From positions 6,820,001 through 6,884,000 of the forward strand of contig OX597832.1 of NCBI GenBank assembly GCA_951406725.2: a stretch of DNA of 64,000 nucleotides, written 5' to 3'. The position numbers were made by a program, and so were the translations under genes. The stretch comes from Octopus vulgaris. Taxonomy: Eukaryota. Positions 58,740 to 64,000 of this stretch are shown here, in pieces. The first letter of the stretch is position 1; each line of letters opens with the position of its first letter. The notes under the pieces are model-generated. The model was not told the DNA's origin, searched no databases, and saw nothing but the letters and a program-made list of their open reading frames with translations.

Positions 58740-61000
58740 TAAGTTTAAGGGATCAGAAAACTCCTAAGTGGAAATCATCATTAAGACCAAAAGCTTTTGG
58801 TTGAAACAGCAACAGCTCTGTATATTAAATAACCCAGGCAGACTTACAAGAATCTTCTCTGGCCCATCTTGCTTCTCATAGTTTGACCTCCTCATCACCT
58901 AATATGAAGCTTCCCGCCCAGCTTCCAGTGATTCATAGTCCTGCAAGCTGCATACCAACATCAATAGCGCAGGTAGCACAAAAAGTACCCAGTAGGTATG
59001 ACTTCTTAAGATTGGTATTGAGGGAGTACATAAAAGTTAGGTTTTTTCCTCCCAAAATGCATGGTGGTGCACTTGTTCACAGTCAGCAATCTGTTGCTGC
59101 AGTACGTCTGGGTCTGATTGCACGAAAGATAAGGTACAGTTTGATGTCATCAGCATATTTCAACACTGTAACATTCTTCAAGTTGGCATTTGTCATTAAT
59201 ATATGCAACAAACAACAGGGCTCCAAGAACAGATCCCAGAGGTATCATCTCATAGGGTGACGAATGATGTCCTGAAACTATGGCTACCTGTCTTTGACTG
59301 AGAATAAGAGAGTTCAACCAGTTATGAAGATCATCTTTCACACTCATTGCAGAGTTTTGCCATAAGTGGTTTGTAAGACACAGAATTGGAAGCTTTAACA
59401 AAGTCAAGATAGATAACATCCACCCATGAGCTACCATCAGTGATGCTTTCAAGAAACTCAAGGAGTTGGCCACAGCAGCTGGAGTTGAGGATAAATCCAA
59501 ATTGTGAGGGTCAAATAAGGCTGTGAGAGTTCCAGAATGCTTCTCTGACAAGACTATCAGTTTGGCGATGCAGCTAGTAAGACTGACTGGGCAGTAGTTG
59601 ACAGGTGATGTGCAATCACCCTTTTTGAACAGGGGAATGACAGGCAATTTTCTACTGCTCTGGGGTGACAGATATTAAAACAGAATTGGAAGAAGAATGA
59701 AAGCTGGTGCAAAAGAAAGAACCTGCTGCATTTTAGAAGCAGATAAGTAACACCACCAAAACCAGGAGAGGTATAGTTGTGCTTATTCTTGAGGTGGTGT
59801 CACAGCATTGCAGGTGTATATTTCACAGACATTATAGAATTTGATGCCAGAGGAGATGAAGATAGTGCATATGGATTTTCAACAGTGACAATGCCAGCAT
59901 AGCATTCAGCAATAAGTTCTGCATATTCTTTGTGATCATCAATAATCCGACGTGTGGGGATTGCGAAGAGAGCCAACAGGAGAATAAGGTCTCTGCTTCA
60001 AACATACATATTTCCAGAACACTTTACTGTCAGAGTTGGTTGCTATATGTTGTTCAAATTTAAGCATTGCCTTTTTTGTCAACTGCTTGAGATGGTTAAA
60101 TGATCTGTTGTACCTTCTTCTATTCTCCTCTGCTTTACATACACTGTATTGCTGTTCAACATCATGATGTTCTTCCCTGACTGCTGCATCTCCCAAATTG
60201 CACTTTTGGGAAGCTTCACATGTAGTCCAGATTGAATTCAGGGTGTTCTGAAGTGCAGTACTGACAACTCCAGAATTGTAAAATCCAAGCCAGTTTGGCC
60301 ATTGTAGCTCAGTGCAGTAAGAGTCCCAGTCTCCTTTGCTCCAGTCAAAGCAAGCAGTTTGGAGGTGGTGATGGTTTTTGTTTCTGCCCATAAGAGACAG
60401 ATTGGCAATGATCATATCATGATCAAAGATGCCTAAAGGTTCCTTAGTAGTGACACTGATAACCGTTTCAGGGGTAGTGGTAAAGAGCAGATCCAAAGTG
60501 TTGTTACTTCTTGTGGGGGAGAGGATTACTTGGGACCAGCACAAATTCAGTACTAAATCAAGAAGACCATTTGCACTTTGCAGCCGACAGGGTAATTGAA
60601 GTAACTAGCAATGAAAACACATGTAGCTGTTTTCCTAGTTGCAGCTCTGAGGATGTCAAAAAGCTGTGAGTCTAGATTGTAGTCTGAGGAGTGGTAAGCA
60701 AATCCAAGTAGAAGTGTCAACATGTTTATATGTATAGCACAGAAAAATAACTTTTGTTGTGGTTGGTTCAAATCATCACAAGGAATTGCTGAAAAGTTTG
60801 AACAAATGTAGACCATCACATCATCTCCACAACGATTAATGTGATCTTTATGAAACAAGTTGTAACCAGCCATGCTAAAAACATCACAGTGTAAAAAGTG
60901 TGCCATGTTCTTGTGACTGATGAAACCAGGGTTGACAGAAGTAAGAGTCAAAAAGGTGGGTCTTTATTGCACAAATATTGGGCATGTGAGGATAGCAATT
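58740..61000 (-). mobile_element. Degraded CR1-clade LINE ORF2 (APE + RT) in the last intron of the PIN-domain gene
   Basis: GYNLFHKD...G..VMVYI, SPTRSNNTLDLLFT, DSKVFWKYV, VIPLFKKGD.TSPVNY.PVSLTS, GSVLG.LLF..YIND, KYADD. Confidence 0.88.
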
Positions 61001-61263
61001 TGTACCTGGTTATAAGCCTATCATGAAGATATATAGCGGATGGCAGATTGCTGTTGTCTAATTTCCTGGAGCTTTTTCATTGCTGTCTATTGAGGGTACA
61101 GTTTTCTCAGACTAGCTGTTTTCTCTTTTCCATGTCTCATTAGACTCAACAAATTTCCACGTCTGTCTGTCATCATGTAGGTTAAAACTTTCATTTGGTG
61201 CCAAGCCACAATTCAAGACCTTTCAAAATAAGCCATTTGCAAGTTGAAGGTAGAGTTACTTAC

Positions 61264-61360
61264 ATGAAGAACAAGAGCAAAATCCGCTGCTTGTTTTGTA
61301 TGACCACTTTTAGGATTCAGAAAGAAGCAACCATCTTGAACTAGTTTCTTATAAACATCA
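61264..61360 (-). CDS. ZNF451: Penultimate coding exon of a ZNF451-like PIN-domain protein (DVYKKLVQDGCFFLNPKSGHTKQAADFALVLH)
   Basis: ttattttcag acceptor, GTAAGT donor, 97 nt, phase 2 to 0. Matches the ZNF451 C-terminal PIN-like region as recalled (IYNYLNRIGCFFLHPRCSKRKDAADFAICMH). Orthology of the whole gene is unproven. Confidence 0.85.
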
Positions 61361-63639
61361 CTGAAAATAAGACAGAACATAGTGAGAAGATAGCCAAGAC
61401 AGAAACGTTAATGGGCAAATAAAGGTAATAATAATGACCACTGCACTACTAACTTACCATTAGCTTCAATTTTGGCTTCAATTTTTGTCCAAACATAAGT
61501 AACAATATTGATTCTCTATCATTTTTTTAAAAACTCCTTAGTGTTCATATTAAAATTATGAAGATATAAAGCTAAGAAAAATATACTATTTGGTAGGGGT
61601 TATTTTTTCCTGCTACCAAAGTATGTTTGAATGATAATAAATCAAATTAATAGGTTAATTAATAGGTAGTAAATTAGCTGAATTGTGAGAGTACTGGATA
61701 AAATGCCTTGCAAATGATTATTCTGGCATCTGCTGAGGTTGAGTTTGCCTTTCATCCTTTCAGGGTTGATAAAATAAGTACCAGTTGAGTGCTGGGGTCA
61801 GTGTAAATGACTTACCCCAATCCCTGAAATTGCTGGCCTTGTGCCAAAATTTGAATCCAATATTTATTCTGGTATTGTGGGTTCTGAGTTAAATCCTGCC
61901 AAGGTCAAGTAATTTATATGAACCCAGAAGTGGTTTATGGCATTTTGCAAGATAACACCATTGAGACATTATGTGCCACGATAACAAAAGATGTACAGAA
62001 TTTGTGCATGTAAAAAACAAAAGAAGCTAGATTAGAATTTATTTTGAAAATAATGAAATTGCTTGATTGACTGAAATAAAATCAATAAATTTCTTGGTTG
62101 AGAGCAGAGCAGGAAAAAATGTGTCAACACAAAAGAACAAGTCAAACTGCAATTATTAATAAAAACCTAAAGAAGAGATAAACTGATGTGTTTTTTCATT
62201 GGTAAATTTATATATATAGGTGCAAGCATGGCAGTATGGTCGAGAAGGTTGCCCCAACTGTGTAGCCTTGACTTTGGTCCCACTGTAAGACATCTTGAAC
62301 AAGTGTCTTTTACAATAACACTTGACCGACAAATGCTTTATGAGTGGATTTAGTAGACAGAAACTGAAAGAAGCCAGTTATGTAGGTATGCATGCAGTGT
62401 ATGCATATATCTATGTATGTGTGTGTGTGTAACCTTGTCCAAACATAGTTGTGATTGATCATCATCATCGTCCTACAAATGAGTTGGTTCATTTCCAGTC
62501 TTCTGTAAAAACATGTCAAGCGATGGGAAAATATTACCTTGCTTGGAAACAGGTAAGGATTGGCAATAGGAAGGGTGTTCAACCATAGAAAATCTGTCTC
62601 AACAAATTCCATGTGACCCATGCAAACATGGAAAACTGGACATATGATGATGATGACTGAATAGAATAACTTAAGAGAGAAATACTGTAACACACCTTCT
62701 GCTGAACTGAAAGGATATACTAACATGGGAAATTAACCTTTTAGCATTCATACTACTAGGTTAGATGGTCCCATACTTGCAGACTCTAAATGCCACTTCT
62801 ATAGAGATTGAAGAATAAGCAAAAAAAAAAAAAAAAAAAAATCAAGTATACAAATGTATATTTCTATGTTTAAAACATACTAGAAGTACACTTGGAAGTT
62901 CCACAATCCATTTTGCGGTGGTGTTGACCATAAATACCTCCCCACTCAGTTATATCATCCTGTCATTCCCTTCATAAACCTTTAAATAAATTCTAGGGAA
63001 TCTTGTCTATTCTTTCTGGTCATGTTTTCTTTTCTAGCCTGCTTTCTCATTCTGTTTTTTTTTTTAAATATTGTCTATCATTTTTCTTTCTTGATTAATA
63101 ATTCTCATTTCTTTCCTTATTAGCTTCGGCTTCAACATTCTCCATATGACACCTTCAAGCTACATTTCTTGCATTAATTTCATTCCTTTTCTTCCAAGTT
63201 AATGCTTTTCCCCATTACTGATTCTCTTCTCTTTATTCCTAATTCTTCTTTCTTTTCTTTGGACTCCCCCCAGTCTTTCCCAGTATCTTTTCTGCCTCTC
63301 TCCATTCAATTCTTGCTGTCATGCCCTATGATCATTGTCTGTTGTAACAGACAAAACACCATTTCAATAAGGAAAATAATTTGAGAAGCACTTTATTATT
63401 ATATGGTTGGCACAGATAAACACTTATGGCATGTGCACATATATGCACACCTTAGCCCTTTCTCATACACCCACAGCTAATTGTCATCTGTGTGTATGCC
63501 ATATATACACATCCCCCAGTCTCTCATACCTACAGCTTGTTGTTATCTGTATGTGTGCTGAAATTTGAATCTCTATCTTTCTTTTTCACACACACCTTTA
63601 CCATCCTCTTTCTATTGTGTAACAGATTTTTTTTTTTAT

Positions 63640-64000
63640 ACTCGAAATCGATCAATGGAAATTGCAGATGTGTTACCAGTGCCGGTGGCATGTAAGAGAA
63701 CCTTCCGTTTCGCGACCGTTGCCAGCGCCGCCCCGACTGGCCTCGTGCCGATGGCACGTAAAAAGCACCATCCGTTCGTGTCCGTTGCCAGCCTCGCCTG
63801 GCCCTCGTGCCGGTGGCACATAAAAAGCACCATCCGTTCGTGGCCGTTTGCCAGCTCTGTCTGGCACCTGTGCGGGTGGCACGTAAAAAGCACCCACTAC
63901 ACTCACGGAGTGGTTGGCGTTAGGAAGGGCATCCAGCTGTAGAAACACTGCCAGATTTGACTGGGCCTGATGAAGCCTTTTGGCTTCACAGACCCCAGTA
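63640..64000 (+). mobile_element. RTE 3' UTR with 4-unit tandem repeat, runs off the window
   Basis: Same motifs as 15720-16090. Confidence 0.88.

Noticed and set aside
61458-62990. Candidate upstream exons of the PIN gene (near 61458-61515, 62768-62789, 62880-62960)
   Set aside because: Wrong phase or no match to the expected DLDNW/WGF.GG…W..P motifs; the real exon probably lies beyond 64000.
63965-63990. CTGATGA followed by a hairpin as a hammerhead
   Set aside because: No GAAA follows; it is a variant of the RTE tail sequence.

Overview
AT-rich, repeat-dense eukaryotic genomic DNA. The SINE families, RTE LINEs with (GAT)n tails and microsatellites point to an octopus (cephalopod) genome. 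Reading splice sites and phases by hand gives two spliced genes on the minus strand. (1) The 5' part of a SHOC1 (C9orf84/ZIP2-like meiotic crossover factor) ortholog: 14 phase-consistent coding exons from ATG 32950 down to 1503 (about 562 aa), plus one optional 54-nt exon; the gene continues beyond the left edge. (2) The last two coding exons (61360-61264, 57251-57072) of a gene ending in a ZNF451-type PIN-like domain. The rest is mostly decayed transposons: RTE, CR1, an RLE-type non-LTR element, Penelope-like and mariner remnants, piggyBac/hAT-type MITEs, Helitron-like pieces and at least four SINE families. There is also a degenerate tRNA-Arg(TCT). Most ORF-track entries are microsatellite or repeat artefacts. 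Best leads: copy-number-variable tandem arrays of a compact H-type pseudoknot motif in RTE 3' UTRs; a spliced uORF overlapping the SHOC1 start; an invertebrate ZNF451-type PIN domain; and Penelope-type hammerhead remnants. Homology calls are from remembered sequence motifs, not database searches.
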